A stretch of 63,299 nt of DNA, counting the filler, from Klebsormidium nitens (Eukaryota > Plantae > Klebsormidiophyceae): assembly GCA_000708835.1 (NCBI GenBank). It is 4 parts of 4 records of this genome, joined end to end, with 100 filler letters (N's around TTAATTAATTAA, not from the genome) between each part and the next. Parts side by side here need not be neighbours in the genome. Positions count along the whole stretch, not along the records: positions 29,043 to 55,317 come from DF237842.1; 3 more parts are not named here. One strand, written 5' to 3'. The stretch's first letter is position 1; each line of letters begins with the position of its first letter. The notes beneath the pieces are model-generated. The model was not told the DNA's origin. It worked only from the letters and a program-made list of their open reading frames with translations, and searched no databases. The position numbers were made by a program, and so were the translations under genes. Positions 31,504-49,802 of this stretch are shown here, piece by piece.

Positions 31504-31874
31504 TGTGAACGGAAGCGATTTTCACAAGGAAAATCCTCCGCTTATCCAAGGCAAGAGGGGTCCGGGGGTGATAAACTCTTAGGAAAAGGGGCGCCTTCAA
31601 TCTCAAGAATCCGAGAAGTCTGAGAATGAGGCAGAGGTGGAGAAATCCACCCTTTGTACTCTCCTCAGCTCAAGTCTAGGCTGAGAGTCAGTCTAAGCTA
31701 CAGTGCTTAGACTGGGAGCTAAGGCCAATCAGCGCCAGCCAATCAGCGTGCAGTATGCAGTATCCGTTATTCGAAGCAGGGGTGACGGCCGTTGTACTCT
31801 TAATCCAACGGTGTGAAGCTAACCGAGTGCACAAATCTACGGTAATATATGAGCTGACAAGACTACGTGTCACA
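31504..31874 (-). repeat. 5' LTR (~370 bp)
   Basis: Inner end fixed by CA + PBS. Outer end inferred from TGTGAC at 31874 on the minus strand. The partner LTR is not visible, so the outer boundary is uncertain. Confidence 0.6.
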
Positions 31875-32093
31875 CAGGCTCACAGCTGAGCTATGATGAT
31901 GCGCTATTAGTATGGCGCGCGCGCGCGGCGGTTCCACCTGAAGCCAATTGGGGCCTTTTTATTACAGGACGACCTACCTATTTCTAAATTCTACGTCACC
32001 AATGTCCATTTCTGGGCTGATGGCAATGCATCAAAGTCCAACATGAAGTTCCAGCTGTAAGAGACATTGCAGAGAAAGCCTGGTGATCAATCT

Positions 32094-35000
32094 ATGGCCG
32101 CATTGCATCTTCACAAGCTGGCCTGTAAATCGAAGAGAGCGGCTGGACTTTTGCGCATGTTTTTGGATATAAGTTGCTCAAAGCATAGCTTCCATTCAAA
32201 CAAGGAGGTTGAAATATCCACAAGCGTGGCTTGCAGGCTCAGCAGATTGACAGCCAAATTTGAGGAGAACTTGGTATTTGGTGGTGCAGCAAAAGGAGGC
32301 TCTCGACTGTCCGATTCTCAGCTGGCGCCACTTTGTTCGCCAACTTTATGGCCTTTGAAGAAGATAGGGAGTTGCACTCAAGAGTTGGCTTACTCTTATG
32401 GATCAACACAGCCAGCAGCGAAATCAGTTGCCCGCTTCCATGAAAACAGAAATCCATGCCAGGTAGCGTCATTCACTAGCTCGCCACCACTTGCTCTGAT
32501 GGAGGGGGATGAGATCAACGCCAGCAGCTTCACTCCTCGAGTCGCCAGCGCTTTGGACTTACCTAGTGTGATCCCCTTCACCCTTGACCTGTCTCACCGG
32601 AACAAAGGTCAGTCCTCTAATGATCTTCAGTTGGCCTTCTTATTGATGCACCTCGTAGGTGATGGTTGCTTGGATTGATTCCCGAGTGCACCACTTGTCA
32701 GCAGTAAGAGTGAATTTCATCTTACAGCGAATGCTTCTTATGTGACATATTTCAGGAGTCCAATTTGATTCGATGGTGCGGAACTGCGCCATTGTGTCAG
32801 CTGCTGTACGTTCAGATGTGACCTTTATGCCTTCATTTCTGCAAGGCACTGTACTTTCAGATGATAACCCCATCGCCGCCAGGTATTCGTATACACTGCT
32901 CTGATCATTATCTGCCCCACAATCTGCAAATCCCGACTCCCAGTAGATTTCTGGTGGGAGAGCCTTAGTTGTCCCTAATATGCAACATACGTACAGGTCT
33001 TGTGGACGAGTTGGAAGTGCGCTACGCAGGAGATGCCCAGGAAAATCCTCAAGTGACCAAGAGGTGAGCCACTATTATGATTGAAGCAAACGCTATGAAG
33101 ACTGATTGCTTTAGATCCTCCTGAAAATAAGGCCCGCTACTGTTTGAGGCCACTGCAAGACAAAGCGTGGGCAAAGTCAGCACCAGCCTCAAGGCTGTAC
33201 ATACAAGTATGGCTCAGCATCTCAGATAAAGTCTGCATCTTAGCAGTGTGTGTTTCACATATTGGTTATGGGACTTTTGACAAATGCTTTACTTGAGAAA
33301 AGGGCCCATTGGGGTCGAAGAGCTCAATAGAACCTGTCAATTACCTTGTAAGCCATGGATTGACTTGCAGGTAATGTCACAACAATGAGACTAACAGCTC
33401 CTTTCAATCTGCAGCATAACAGAAAGACGACCAGAGGAGTCCTGGATCGAAATTCGATATCCATTCACCAGATCGGCAAGCTTGAAAGAGCAGTACCGAT
33501 TGTTTGGGACAGGCTATGTACGGTTCGGGAAGATTCTCGAGGACAGTAAGTTGCCACTGCAACACGAAGTTGCCAAAAGATGCTACCTTCAAAGAGAAGG
33601 TCTTGACATGCCCTCTGCCAGAGCTTCTCGAGTCTACTGCCCTCGACATTGTTTGAAAGTACGAAAGTGATGGATGATGGTTCCGACATCTCATTGCCGA
33701 TACTTCTGAATTTCTGCGTTTGCTCGACACTGCTTCGACCCGCCGATGCAGTCGCACCACGCGGCCGAGTTTCTAAACTGCTTACCTCGACGAATCCTTA
33801 GAACATTGCTGAGATTCTAAAAAGATTCGTTTCAACGGCTCTGTCTTTCACGCTGCTTTGCTTCCGACAGGCTTCATTCAACCGAACTGTCAAAACCCAA
33901 CCACATTGTTTTGACAATCCAGTCTTGTCACCCTTTCAAACTGCTTCCCTTTGACGAATCAATCTTCTAACGCTGCTGAGATGCTAGACGGCAGACATCT
34001 CGACAACTCCGTTCGTCAAGCTGCTGAGACTCTCCTGCTTTACTTCAACGTTATCAGACTTACCGCGCCTACTAGACTGCTTCGGCATCCTCGAATATGC
34101 TGACAGAAGAGAATATTCTATCCACAGTGGACGCTATGGCTGGTGACGTTGTTTGGCGGCACCTCCGGAGGAAAGACCGGCTGATAGCCACCGCGGCTGT
34201 GGACCATTTGGCTTGGGCTGGCGAGTTGATTCGGCTCGACAAGGACCTGCGAATACAGGGTCAGGTGAAGGACACGTGTCGTTTGTGCTATTGATTGATG
34301 CTGCCTTTCCTAGTCAAGCCATCATCGTCAGATTGGTCTATCGGGATCTGGTTAGCAGAGTCATGCCAACCTTTTGCGAGCAAACCCCAGCAGCAAAAAT
34401 CAGGAGGAAATCTTGATTGATCTCGACCATTAAAATCGATCACGACGTTGCGTCATATGTGGTCGAGAGATTCTGACAGGTCAACCCAAAAGACTGCACT
34501 AGATTCAATCGTCATGAAAATCTGTTTTGGACCAAAACAGAATGAACGTTCGAAAAAAGAAAAGATCGAGATTGAGAAGAGGTTGGATCTTCGTGCAGGT
34601 GACGTGGGTGGGGCGCTCTTCAATGAGGGTTACTCTCGAAGCGTCCATCGTCCATCCGGATACTCTTATCGAAGTTTTGCATTGAACCCGTTTCGCAGGT
34701 GACGTGTGTAGGGCGCTATTCAACGGAGATTACCGTGAAAGCGTTCAAGTGAGAGTACCCTGCAAGGGTCCCTCAGCCGGGCATTGTTTTCGAACTTCTG
34801 CATCGAAACATTTCGCAGGTGACGTGGGTGGGGCGCTCTTCGATGGAGATCACGCTGGAAGCTTCCACCGTTGGGCCGCAGCCGGGCGACACTCCGGAGG
34901 TTTTGGGTAGCGCGCACTTCGTCATGGTGTCACGGGAGGACGACAAGGCGGCGCCGGTCCCGCAGCTAATGCTGGAAACGCCGAAAGCAAAGACGCTCTT

Positions 35001-37858
35001 CGAGGTGCGACGTTGTTCGGCGGCACTCCTGTCTGAGCCTCCTCAACTATCAGGAGGCTCACAAATGTGCGTCGCATCTGATCCCGGAGTATCCGATCAT
35101 TCCTAGCTCTGTACCTCTTCGGGTGATAAATTACCTGGCCGGTATAGCTTTTCTAGATGGACAGCTCAGTGTGCGACTTAAGTCAGTCTCGAAGGGATGG
35201 TGATCACCTCATTCATAATGAAAGGCTTGGGGGAGCTTTCAAGAACCTGAACTTGTTTCTAAACGGCCATCTAATCTCGTCTTCCCGGCCGAGTTCACTC
35301 TGCTGAGCGACGGAACAGGGACCTCGACGAAAGTTGTAGAGAGGTTGTGCATAGAAGCATACAGCACACCAGCCCTTTAGAAGTTAATCAGCCTCCAGCC
35401 TTCAGTAACCCTTGAAGCCTCAGCAATAATTTACCGTTTTGTTCCTTCGAAGTGTCGGAACGAAGGGAAAAAGGGCCTCGACGATAGATTACAATGGGAA
35501 AAACGCACAGCAGACCAGCTTTTCACGATGTGGAGTAGCCTCTACCGCACTCAAGTAGCCCCTGAAGTTCCACCAACATTTACCGTTCCGTTTTCGCAGT
35601 CCGGGGAGCGGAATGCGGAACGACGGAAGAAGGACCGGGAGGACAGCCTGTACAAGAAAGCGCCAACCGCGGACGAGCTCCAGCTGCTGCACAACCTGTT
35701 CATAAAGTCGCACGTGGCTGATGAATCGGGGCAGGAGTGGGCGGGAACGCCGGGGCGAGAGGTAAGGGCTAACGGTTGCTCAAGCTCTCCAGCTTTGTAG
35801 TAGATCTGGACGCTTGAAATTTCGACGACCAGAAAAGTCTTCTGCGGAAACATTGTTTGTGTTCTTCCTCCCGTGTGTCAAATGTTCTTTCCCAACCCTA
35901 GGAGTGCAAGAGATGCGTCTTTCGCGGTGAATACTTGGAGTAGGACGCATGGTGGGATGTACGGAGCATCTGAGGAACTAGAGTTGTGAGCAGTTTCTTG
36001 GAGAACCTATAATCAGGCGCAAAAGGAAGGGACTGTCATTCAAAATGTTGTGGCGCAGATCTTACAGATTGAGGGCTGAGAGCATATACGGCGTTCAAGC
36101 CAGTTGTTTGAACCTCCTTTTGAATGCCTATATCTGAGTGCGGTCGCTCGCATGACGNNNNNNNNNNNNNNNNNNNNNNNNNNNNNNNNNNNNNNNNNNN
36201 NNNNNNNNNNNNNNNNNNNNNNNNNNNNNNNNNNNNNNNNNNNNNNNNNNNNNNNNNNNNNNNNNNNNNNNNNNNNNNGGAGTGAGGTGTACAAGCACGC
36301 GGACCTTTCGCATCCTTCCCACCGTGTGCACTTCCTAGTGCACATTCCGCGGCGCACCACGAACCATATGCTGACGTTCTCAAACTCCGTCTCAGAAGGC
36401 AACCATTGATGCTGACGGCTTCACGTTCTCCTGCTTCCTCAGTAAGGGACACCTTATGGATGCTTATTCCGTGAACAATCTGTCTGTCGCTAGCTGGGAA
36501 AGGCGGACCGACTGACAGCTAACCGCTTCGCGTCCACAGAGCGTGCATCTGATGCACAGCCAGCAGCGCAACGCCAACGGGTTCATGTTCGGCGGCTTCG
36601 TGATGCGCGAGGCGTACGAGCTGGGCTGGATCTGCGCGCGCCTGCACACGCGGCTGACACCTGTCATCACCTCCGTCGACGACGTGGCCTTCATGAAGCC
36701 GGTGCCCGTCGGGTCGCTCATACAGTTCACAGCGCAGGTGAACAGCGGGCGGAGAGCTTTGAAAGCCTTGACTAAACATGCAACGGTCCGGAATCTAGCA
36801 AACATACCTTTATGTATCCTAGTCCACCTCACGGAGCGCGTCTCGCTTACGGCTGTTCATTCACTTTGCTCTCCACGCGGCAGACGCCGATGGCAAAGGC
36901 TTCCTCCATCGTTGATGCCCTGGCCTCTCAACCGACCTACCTTGCTTTCTCTCTGCACAGACGCACGGGAAAACTGAGAAAGTGCAAAGCGAAATCGCGT
37001 TCCCCTGCAAACTTCGAATGGACCTCATAAGATCACCGAAGAAACGAGCCCGTTGCGCATCTTGCTATCTGAACGCCCGCTTGTGAAGTACGCACGTCAC
37101 TTTCACCGCTCTTACTGCTGCTCACCATCTTCCGACTCCCTCTGATTCGTCCTCAGTGTCTTAAGGTCTGATATCCTGTCACGTGTCCAGGTCATCTACG
37201 TGGAGGGCTCCCTGGTTCGCGTCCTGGTCCAAGCCGACGAGCTCGGCCCCGCGGCCCCGCATGGGGGGGCGGAGCGGCTTCACACTACCACCAACTTCCA
37301 CTTCGCGTTCCGCATGGTCGACCGGAAAATGGGCTCCGGCGCGCTTGGACCGTTTGCCGCGGCGTCTGCAGAGTCACCAACAGGTGCAAGTAAGCGCCTT
37401 GATGCGAGACCGCGCCTGGTACCTTGATTCTCAAAGAACTGGAAAAAATTTCCTCGACTTTTACCAATTCAGTAGAATCAAAAGGAGCTTTTGTGTCTGG
37501 ATGGTTGTATCTAGCTTTGGCAGGTTTCCGCCGCGTCGTGAACCCCCACGCTCCGTGTGGTTTCGCACAATATAGACACTCTGAAAACGATGAATGAAGG
37601 AATTCATCGAACAGGTGACCACCGAAACGTAAAGCATTTTACAAAGGAGGTGATTTTTGATGGCTTGGTCACAACCGGTCTGTGCTATCTGCAGGTTGCC
37701 GCTCTTCGCAGTTCCCTCCTGCCCAGCAGATTGTGCGGAAGGTCATGCCGCAGACCTACGCTGAGGGGATGCGGTACTTGGAGGGATACCGCTGGCACAC
37801 GTGGGAGGCGCAGCTTGAGCCCCCCAGCCGGGAGCCCGTACTGGGAACTAATCAATAG
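32094..37858 (+). CDS. Acyl-CoA thioesterase, ACOT9-like double hotdog fold (multi-exon; 5' exons uncertain)
   Basis: Exons 33415-33545 (EESWIEIRYPF...VRFGKILED), 34128-34264, 34819-35004 (VTWVGRSSMEI), 35600-35761, 36540-36737 (QRNANGFMFGGFVMREAYEL...SVDDVAFMKPVPVGS), from 37191, and a last exon VRKVMPQTYAEGMRYLEG ending 37858. ATG 32094 is only a candidate start. Confidence 0.85.
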
Positions 37859-38896
37859 CAAGCACGCTGGTAGAACCTCCGTTTGAGGAGGGGACAGAAC
37901 CTCTTTTTCCTAACTGCAAATGGAGCACGCGCGAGGATTTAAGTTGCTAACACATGGATACATGAAGATGAACCCGATGACAGCTATCGATGCCCCTCCT
38001 GGAGATTGCCAGCAGCCAGATGCAAGTCTAAATCAATCACTTACATTTTTGGCATCTCTTAGATTCTACCTAATTTAAGCGGTCCAACAAGTTGCTCGCG
38101 TATCCATGCAAGTAACCCGAGCTCCAGCGGCGAAGACACTGATCAGGCCGGCTGCGTACTAAGCCAGGGGTACTAGGACTTGCTTGCTGCATATATTATC
38201 TCTCTCACTCACCGTCCTAAGCAATTCATAAATAATGGCAATCAAGCGTTTGCACATATATACTTCGGGTGCAGCTGTTCAGCATCTTTGCATAAATCTG
38301 CATGCCAACAGCCCTTGGGTGCCGCCCGCAAATCTTAGCTCGATAGCTTCACGACATCCACCATGCGTACGTGCCCGCAGCAACTGCATATTCCAGCCTG
38401 TGCGCAAACGGCCCCGCGAACTAACGAAAGTACGTGCTCAAAGAATCACGTACTCCGTGGACTCGGATCCTCGCGCATGCAGTTTTGACGACTCGATCTG
38501 CACATGCGTTGCATGCAATTGGATCATGTGCACATCTAGTTTACTGGCACGCGCACATACCGGAGAATTCCATGACCGACTGATCAACCGATCTTAAACA
38601 TGAACGCATGATAAGCTCGCCGGCCATGTGAGTCACGTACATACTATATTCAGATGTGGGCCTCGATTGCCGCTGCTAAGCTATCGATTTGCATTCCTGG
38701 CCACACCTTTGTGCATATTTCCTTCGGGCTGCACTCCCAGCGTGCCGCGTTACGTCGAAGCTTAGCGGTTGGATGACAGAAACTTTGCACCGGGAAACCT
38801 TGAGAACTTGCTTTGTCAGATCTCATTCTGCGCTCTCGATTACGAATGACTTTGCACACTTGCTTGCGCGCAAAGTCCAATCAGCACATACATATG

Positions 38897-43474
<4,578 letters not shown>

Positions 43475-44950
43475 TGCGCCAATCATATTTTCCACGTCTT
43501 GCAGCTCTACTGTCCGTGTCGGATTTACGCAGCGGCAGTGTCACAACTGCACTTTGGACCCCCAGAAGGAAACGCTAGGTGCAGGGGTGGCAAAAGGCAA
43601 CCCAGCTGTTCTTAGGCAGCTGCACAGATGTGCTACTCGGCAGATGATGAGCGAGAGCTCCCCACATGCACTTCCAGCTGATCATCCAGAATTGCAGGGC
43701 GAGCACAGATTCACTGGCACGAGTTGCATGGTTCTAATTTTACACTGATGCCAGCAGCTAGACTTCAATTCAGAAATCAGGAGTCTTTCAGCCTTCAGGG
43801 AGGATGGATGTAAGATCTCTTCTTCATTGCATGGTACAGTAACTTTGTAGGTATCCCTCCTAGCTGCTACAGTCTACTTGTACAAGAGGCACGCCTGCTG
43901 GATCAGGTATGCCGGACATCAGGTTAATCAATGTGTCCCTGACACCCTGAGTATTGTGTCAAGGACCCCACCCCGTTGATAAGTCTCGTCCCACAAGGTC
44001 CACCAAGGTAGCTTAGTGCTAAATCGACGGCGCGCTTTCGAAACGACCCGTCATAGAAAGTTGCAATTGTTTGTTGCTGTACTAATATTAGTACAAGCGA
44101 CAACCGTTGGTTGACTAAATTTTGGTAGGGGCACGCGCGTGGAAAAGCAGCGCGCGTATAACTAGCTCAGGGGCGCGAGCCTTTACACACCGCCAATTCC
44201 TGGCCCCAGAACCCAGGGCTCCAGCTTGAGGCAGCTCTCTGAAGCCATTTTGAGGTAGGCAGAAGGGCGCTGAAGCAGAGGACATGGTGGTGGTGGCCCA
44301 GATGCAGCCCTAGTGGCCCCTAATGAAGCAGTGCTGACAACCTAACGGCACAGCTTTGCGCAGCTCTGAAAAGAAATCATATTGAGTAATTTGTAGCACT
44401 GAAGCTTTGAAGCAATGGCGGCGCTCTTCCAGCTCAAGTGCGAGTTGGAGAATGACGGGCCGAGTTTGATGGAGGTGCCAGCGAGGAGACGCTGCGGAAG
44501 CTGCTCAAGGAACACCGGTGGGGCTACCATTTGAAAATGCAATGTGGCAACTCTCATGGAGCTGGAATAGAAATCGTGCTACTAATGATGCAGGATACCA
44601 GCAACATCATTTGGGAATGAAGTTTTGAAAATTGTGGTGCTTGCTGGGATGGTGACCACCAATAATTCTGAATGCAATGACTTGTAAACGTGCTTCAGCC
44701 TCAATTTCAGCTGGTTGTCTAGGCTGATTCCAGTATGCGCCAACATGGCAGGGCAATGACAGCAAGACTCAGCCAATCAGTTGTCATGTCCTTCAGAAGG
44801 GCAACATGCGCAATTGATAGTGGCAGTGGCGGACGCCAAGTTTCTGTACATGATACTGAAAAAACCAGACACTCTTCATTCTGACTCCCTAGCTTGATCT
44901 GTCTTCTTGGCAGAAACTTTCTTGAACAGTTTTCTAATGTTCTGTTTCAG

Positions 44951-47900
44951 AGAAGCGGTTGGGCAGAAGGAAAGGTCCGGCCTATCGCAGGACGTTCTTG
45001 TTATGCTGCCGCTGGGGAGGCCCTACCCTACGACACACGAGGCTGTTTTGAGCAAGTTCCAGGGCTTGCTGAAGGAGTTGGAGGGCAAGAAATTCGAGAA
45101 CGAGGCCCGATGTCTTGACGTCTTTGTACTAGGTGAGGCTTCCGTAGACGTTCTGACTGATAGTACGTAATGCTTGAACCATTTGAAGGTGTTCGAGAAG
45201 GCTGTGAATAGTGTTCATCCGCGATCCCCCCTGGTGCTACGGGTGTATTTATGCAATTAGTTTCCGACAAATTCTCCAACAGCAGCGCCTTTCTTAGGCA
45301 CGGCACTTGAGATCAGAGGGCCAACCAACCTTTTGTGATTTGCACCACCAGTCTCCTCTTCTTATGAGCGGCTGGGGGCCAGTGTTGGCAGATGCTACAA
45401 TCTGGGCTATGATGGATGTACCATTTGGAGCGTCTGGTGACTAGTCTTCTCTAGCAACTTTCCTGCAACTTCTAGTCAACGTTGCTTGGTGGCTTAAACC
45501 GCCGACGCAAGAAGTACGTCTTTCTTCAATCACGCCGCCACACACGGTTGGTGCAGGCTATGTTTGGAGGAGACCCAGACTCCACATCCATCTTTCTAAA
45601 TGTGCCCTTCAAAACCACGATAAAGTCAATCCCACGACGTCTTTTTTGGCGCTTGCAACAGGAAGGGAGTACGGTTCCCAACTCGAGATGGTCGGTAACC
45701 TTGCCTACGCAAAGACTTTGTACAAGGGCGCCCTCCAGGTGGCACGGAATTCCGCGGGCAAGAAAGCGCTGGCGCGAGTTTACGGGAAGCGGTGCAATGA
45801 GGGCATCCTGCTGCAATACCTGGGCCTCCTCTCTAAGAAGCAGAGAAGGTTAAAAAAGGCGGAAGAGTACTATCTGGAGGCTCTGGAAGTGCCGGGAGTT
45901 ACTCTTGCGCTGATGGACACTGTGATTCACCAATTGCATATGCTCTACATGAACACAGGCGATATCGTCAAGGTCAAGTGAGTTTCTCTTCTTAACCAGG
46001 CATCTTTGAGTTATCTTCACCGTTGTCTAGGAACGCTGAAGCTCTTAGATCTTGGGAGCCGTCCTTTGTCTTTACGACTTCTTCTGGACTTCGTTGTCAG
46101 TGTTCTGATAAACACAGGACACCTAGTGTGGTATAGGTCACATCGAAAACCGGCAATTGTTGAATAGACGAATCATACGGCAACAGTTGCGCTGGTTTCA
46201 AGGTCGGAACACCTCACCAAAGAAAAGGAAGGCAGCTAAAGGGGCACTAACATATCCTCTTCTTCTGGATCGCTCTTGCCTTTCCGTCTCTTTATCATTG
46301 GTGGAGCCATTGCTTGAAGTTATTGATGCCCGGTTCACTTTGAGATTAAAATCGGATCTTGTCACAAACGGGGCACCCCTCCGCGTCTTCAGGAACACCC
46401 ACAAGAGGTGGAAGAAGCTCCTGGTCAAGCACAAGGCCCCAGAGAACGGCTACATCTACTCTGCATACCACGAGAGGACGGCGGATCTGGCACGCATGGA
46501 GAACCGCTACNNNNNNNNNNNNNNNNNNNNNNNNNNNNNNNNNNNNNNNNNNNNNNNNNNNNNNNNNNNNNNNNNNNNNNNNNNNNNNNNNNNNNNNNNN
46601 NNNNNNNNNNNNNNNNNNNNNNNNNNNNNNNNNNNNNNNNNNNNNNNNNNNNNNNNNNNNNNNNNNNNNNNNNNNNNNNNNNNNNNNNNNNNNNNNNNNN
46701 NNNNNNNNNNNNNNNNNNNNNNNNNNNNNNNNNNNNNNNNNNNNNNNNNNNNNNNNNNNNNNNNNNNNNNNNNNNNNNNNNNNNNNNNNNNNNNNNNNNN
46801 NNNNNNNNNNNNNNNNNNNNNNNNNNNNNNNNNNNNNNNNNNNNNNNNNNNNNNNNNNNNNNNNNNNNNNNNNNNNNNNNNNNNNNNNNNNNNNNNNNNN
46901 NNNNNNNNNNNNNNNNNNNNNNNNNNNNNNNNNNNNNNNNNNNNNNNNNNNNNNNNNNNNNNNNNNNNNNNNNNNNNNNNNNNNNNNNNNNNNNNNNNNN
47001 NNNNNNNNNNNNNNNNNNNNNNNNNNNNNNNNNNNNNNNNNNNNNNNNNNNNNNNNNNNNNNNNNNNNNNNNNNNNNNNNNNNNNNNNNNNNNNNNNNNN
47101 NNNNNNNNNNNNNNNNNNNNNNNNNNNNNNNNNNNNNNNNNNNNNNNNNNNNNNNNNNNNNNNNNNNNNNNNNNNNNNNNNNNNNNNNNNNNNNNATCGA
47201 AACATCTGAACCTTCTCTTGTGTCTTCGATGGAGTTGCTTATGTGGTGGAGGACCCATTTTTGACCGAGCTTTGACCCTGTAACAGGCTGTCGACCTAAT
47301 TCTGGACCAAGCTTACGATTTCAACAGCCTAGCCATACAACCTGGAATGTGTTTGAATATGTCTACTACTTTCGCAGAGTATTTCTACTCCGAATCGTCA
47401 TGTTTTTTCAATCTACCTATTCCGAATCGCCTTCCTTTTTCATCGACTAGAAAAATCGACAAGGCGTACGACTGCCTCCAGCGGGGCTACTCCATCGCCT
47501 GCAAGGTTCGAGAGCCAAACTATGCGGAGAGCACTTCTGGGAATCCCACTGCCGCTTTTCTAGGTCATCCTGGTGAGCTGTTTACACACACACCTTTGAT
47601 TTTTTTGTGTCCAAACTTTACACGTCTCCCGCATGACAAGTTGGAAGCTATGATCGGAGCGCAGCCGAGCTTGAACAGTTTGTTACTTGTTTCGTCTCGC
47701 AACTCCCTTCTGCTTTCAACTTCAGAGGGAAATGCGTCCAGATTGTTTGCCTTTTTGTGAAGGAGCCACGAGCACTGAAGCAAGCCGGCGTCTCCTAATA
47801 CAGTCTAAGTTCGGGAGATGTCCAGTTTGCAGGCGGTAAAGTAATCAATCTTCTCGTGTGTGTCATCAGTTGCTCCATGGTCCCTCTGACTTCAACACTT

Positions 47901-49802
47901 TGCATCTTCTTGACACTCCTCCGAACTCAAGATTGCTCACACTTCTTAATGTCCTTTTCAGCGTACCGGACCGTCAAACAGCAACACCTGCAAGCGCATA
48001 TGCTGGCGTTCATGGGGCGCATCCGCTTTCACCAAGGGCGCGACCAAGAGGCCCTGCCGTTTTTTGAGCGGGCGTTCAGCATGCCGTACGAGCAGCAAAA
48101 CCCGGACATGGCGGTCTACATGAACGACTACGGACGGGTGAGGGTCCGAACGCTGCGATTTGGGCTACTAAATAAACAGAGCCTTCGATTTGAGATTTCG
48201 AATGCAGATTGATGGAATGCGCAGGGAAGGATCAGCCTGGCGTGAAGGAATAGCGCTTGTTGCTCTGAAGCTGATGTGAGCGACTTATCGAGTTCGGACC
48301 TACCTCGTTGATCTCGGGTCCTATGGTTGCGCTGTCGACTGCGCCTGTCCCTCACATCTTCGTCTGGAGAAGCTAAGATCTTACTCCCAGCTACCGTTTC
48401 CAATCAGACGATTAGCTGTTTTTGGGCGCGACCTCATCGTGCAGCCCTTGCGCAACCTTTGCGTGAGAAAGTTTGAGTCCCCAGATTCTTCATTGATCGG
48501 ATTTGCAATTCTGATACCGACAACACTTTCTGATTGCGTGCAGACGTTGATGCGACTTGGTCGCACGAGTCAGGCATGCACGGTCTGCCAATCCGCATCG
48601 AAAGCACAGGAACGCGCGTTCGGCCCCATGCATCTTCAAACGTTGGTGGCGAAATGCACCTACGGGCACGCACTGATGAAGGCCGATCGGCTAGACGAGG
48701 CCAAAAGCCTTCTTGACGTGATCAGAGCGCAGGCTGTTACAAGCATTGGGCCGTATCACCAAGTCACCAAATAAGTGAGTCGCTGAAAAGACTTCTTGTG
48801 GTTCTACCGAGTGTCGCTTGGACTCCTGATTTGGATCCAGTATCTCAACGCAAGGGATTTGTAAGAACATGCAGAGCTTGATTGTCTCGCCATCGCAAGT
48901 GTCAAGCAGGATGCGAGTGCTGCACTGATTGCCTACATTGGCCGAAAAGGATCGTGATGAGCAGAGTAGAGTAAAGAAACGAACGAATATGGACCAAAAT
49001 CGACGTCTTTGTGAAGCATGCAAAGTCGCCCTTGGGATTGACTTCCGTCCGCTTTGCTATTGCTCGAGCTTTCGTTCTAAGTCTTCCTCACTCGACGCGC
49101 TCTTTCGCACGGGTTCTATACAATGCCAAGTCCTGGAACCTTTCGTTTCTCCTCGCTTCCTGCAGATTGACACGGCGATCGAGTGCGTCGCCGCCGCTAG
49201 AAAGTCCGCCCGGAGTAACGTGTTCTCGGACATCGGACGTCAAACGACGGGTGACGTGGTACGGCCCGACTTCAACATCACGTGCGGAGCGTGCGCAAAG
49301 ACGGAAGCGGAGGGCACGAAATTCAAGGTTTGCAGTAAATGCAAGCGGGTCAAATACTGTTCGGGTAAGTCGTGCTGACTTTGTAGGACCATGTAAGTTT
49401 TGAAGGTGGCAGTTATTGTGATTGGGCCAAGGGTTTCTGCGTAAGAAGTCCCCGTCTTCTTCCTCGGAATTTTTGTCTTCGTTTCTTCGTTGACAGAGGC
49501 TTCGAGGACAAGGACGTCGACCGCGGATAATATCTCAAAGATCAATGCAATGCTTTCCGGAGTCCATCCATCAGATAATGTGGGCTATTGCTTTTGAGAT
49601 ATGACGGCCGAGGACAGCAATCGTTGTTGAGGACCAAGATTTTGGATTCTTTGAGCTCGTAGCTCGAGAATTTGCGTATGCGATTACTTGCTTAGACAAT
49701 TCCTCATCGTCACGGACACGTTTCCGTGCGGATCTTGCAGCGGAATGTCAAAAGAACGACTGGAAGGCCCACAAAAAGATTTGTCGGCCCCTCCCAGTAT
49801 AG
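44951..49802 (+). CDS. TPR-repeat protein with C-terminal MYND zinc finger (5' end uncertain; one region in an N gap)
   Basis: TPR-like exons (KKAEEYYLEALE; GRIRFHQGRDQEALPFFERAF; ADRLDEAKSLL). MYND CGAC...FKVCSKCKRVKYCS joins in phase across intron 49365-49740 to AECQKNDWKAHKKIC...*. Candidate start ATG at 44415. Confidence 0.82.

Larger units (their letters stand above)
29043..31874 (-). mobile_element. Ty3/gypsy LTR retrotransposon, 5' part (LTR, PBS, gag, PR, start of RT); remainder lost in gap
   Basis: LTR end CA at 31504, followed on the minus strand by PBS TGGTATCAGAG. Gag with zinc knuckle CFRCRQLGHIAPNC. Protease ILIDSGS. RT start [27 protein letters not shown]...[13 protein letters not shown]. 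Confidence 0.93.

Noticed and set aside
32067-32678. 203-aa ORF as an independent gene
   Set aside because: Ser-rich and low in information. It more likely is the targeting-peptide exon of the downstream thioesterase.
33776-34075. Degenerate direct repeats in a thioesterase intron (aaactgctt...gacgaatc...tgctgaga)
   Set aside because: Short, decayed local duplications with no terminal structure or splice signals.
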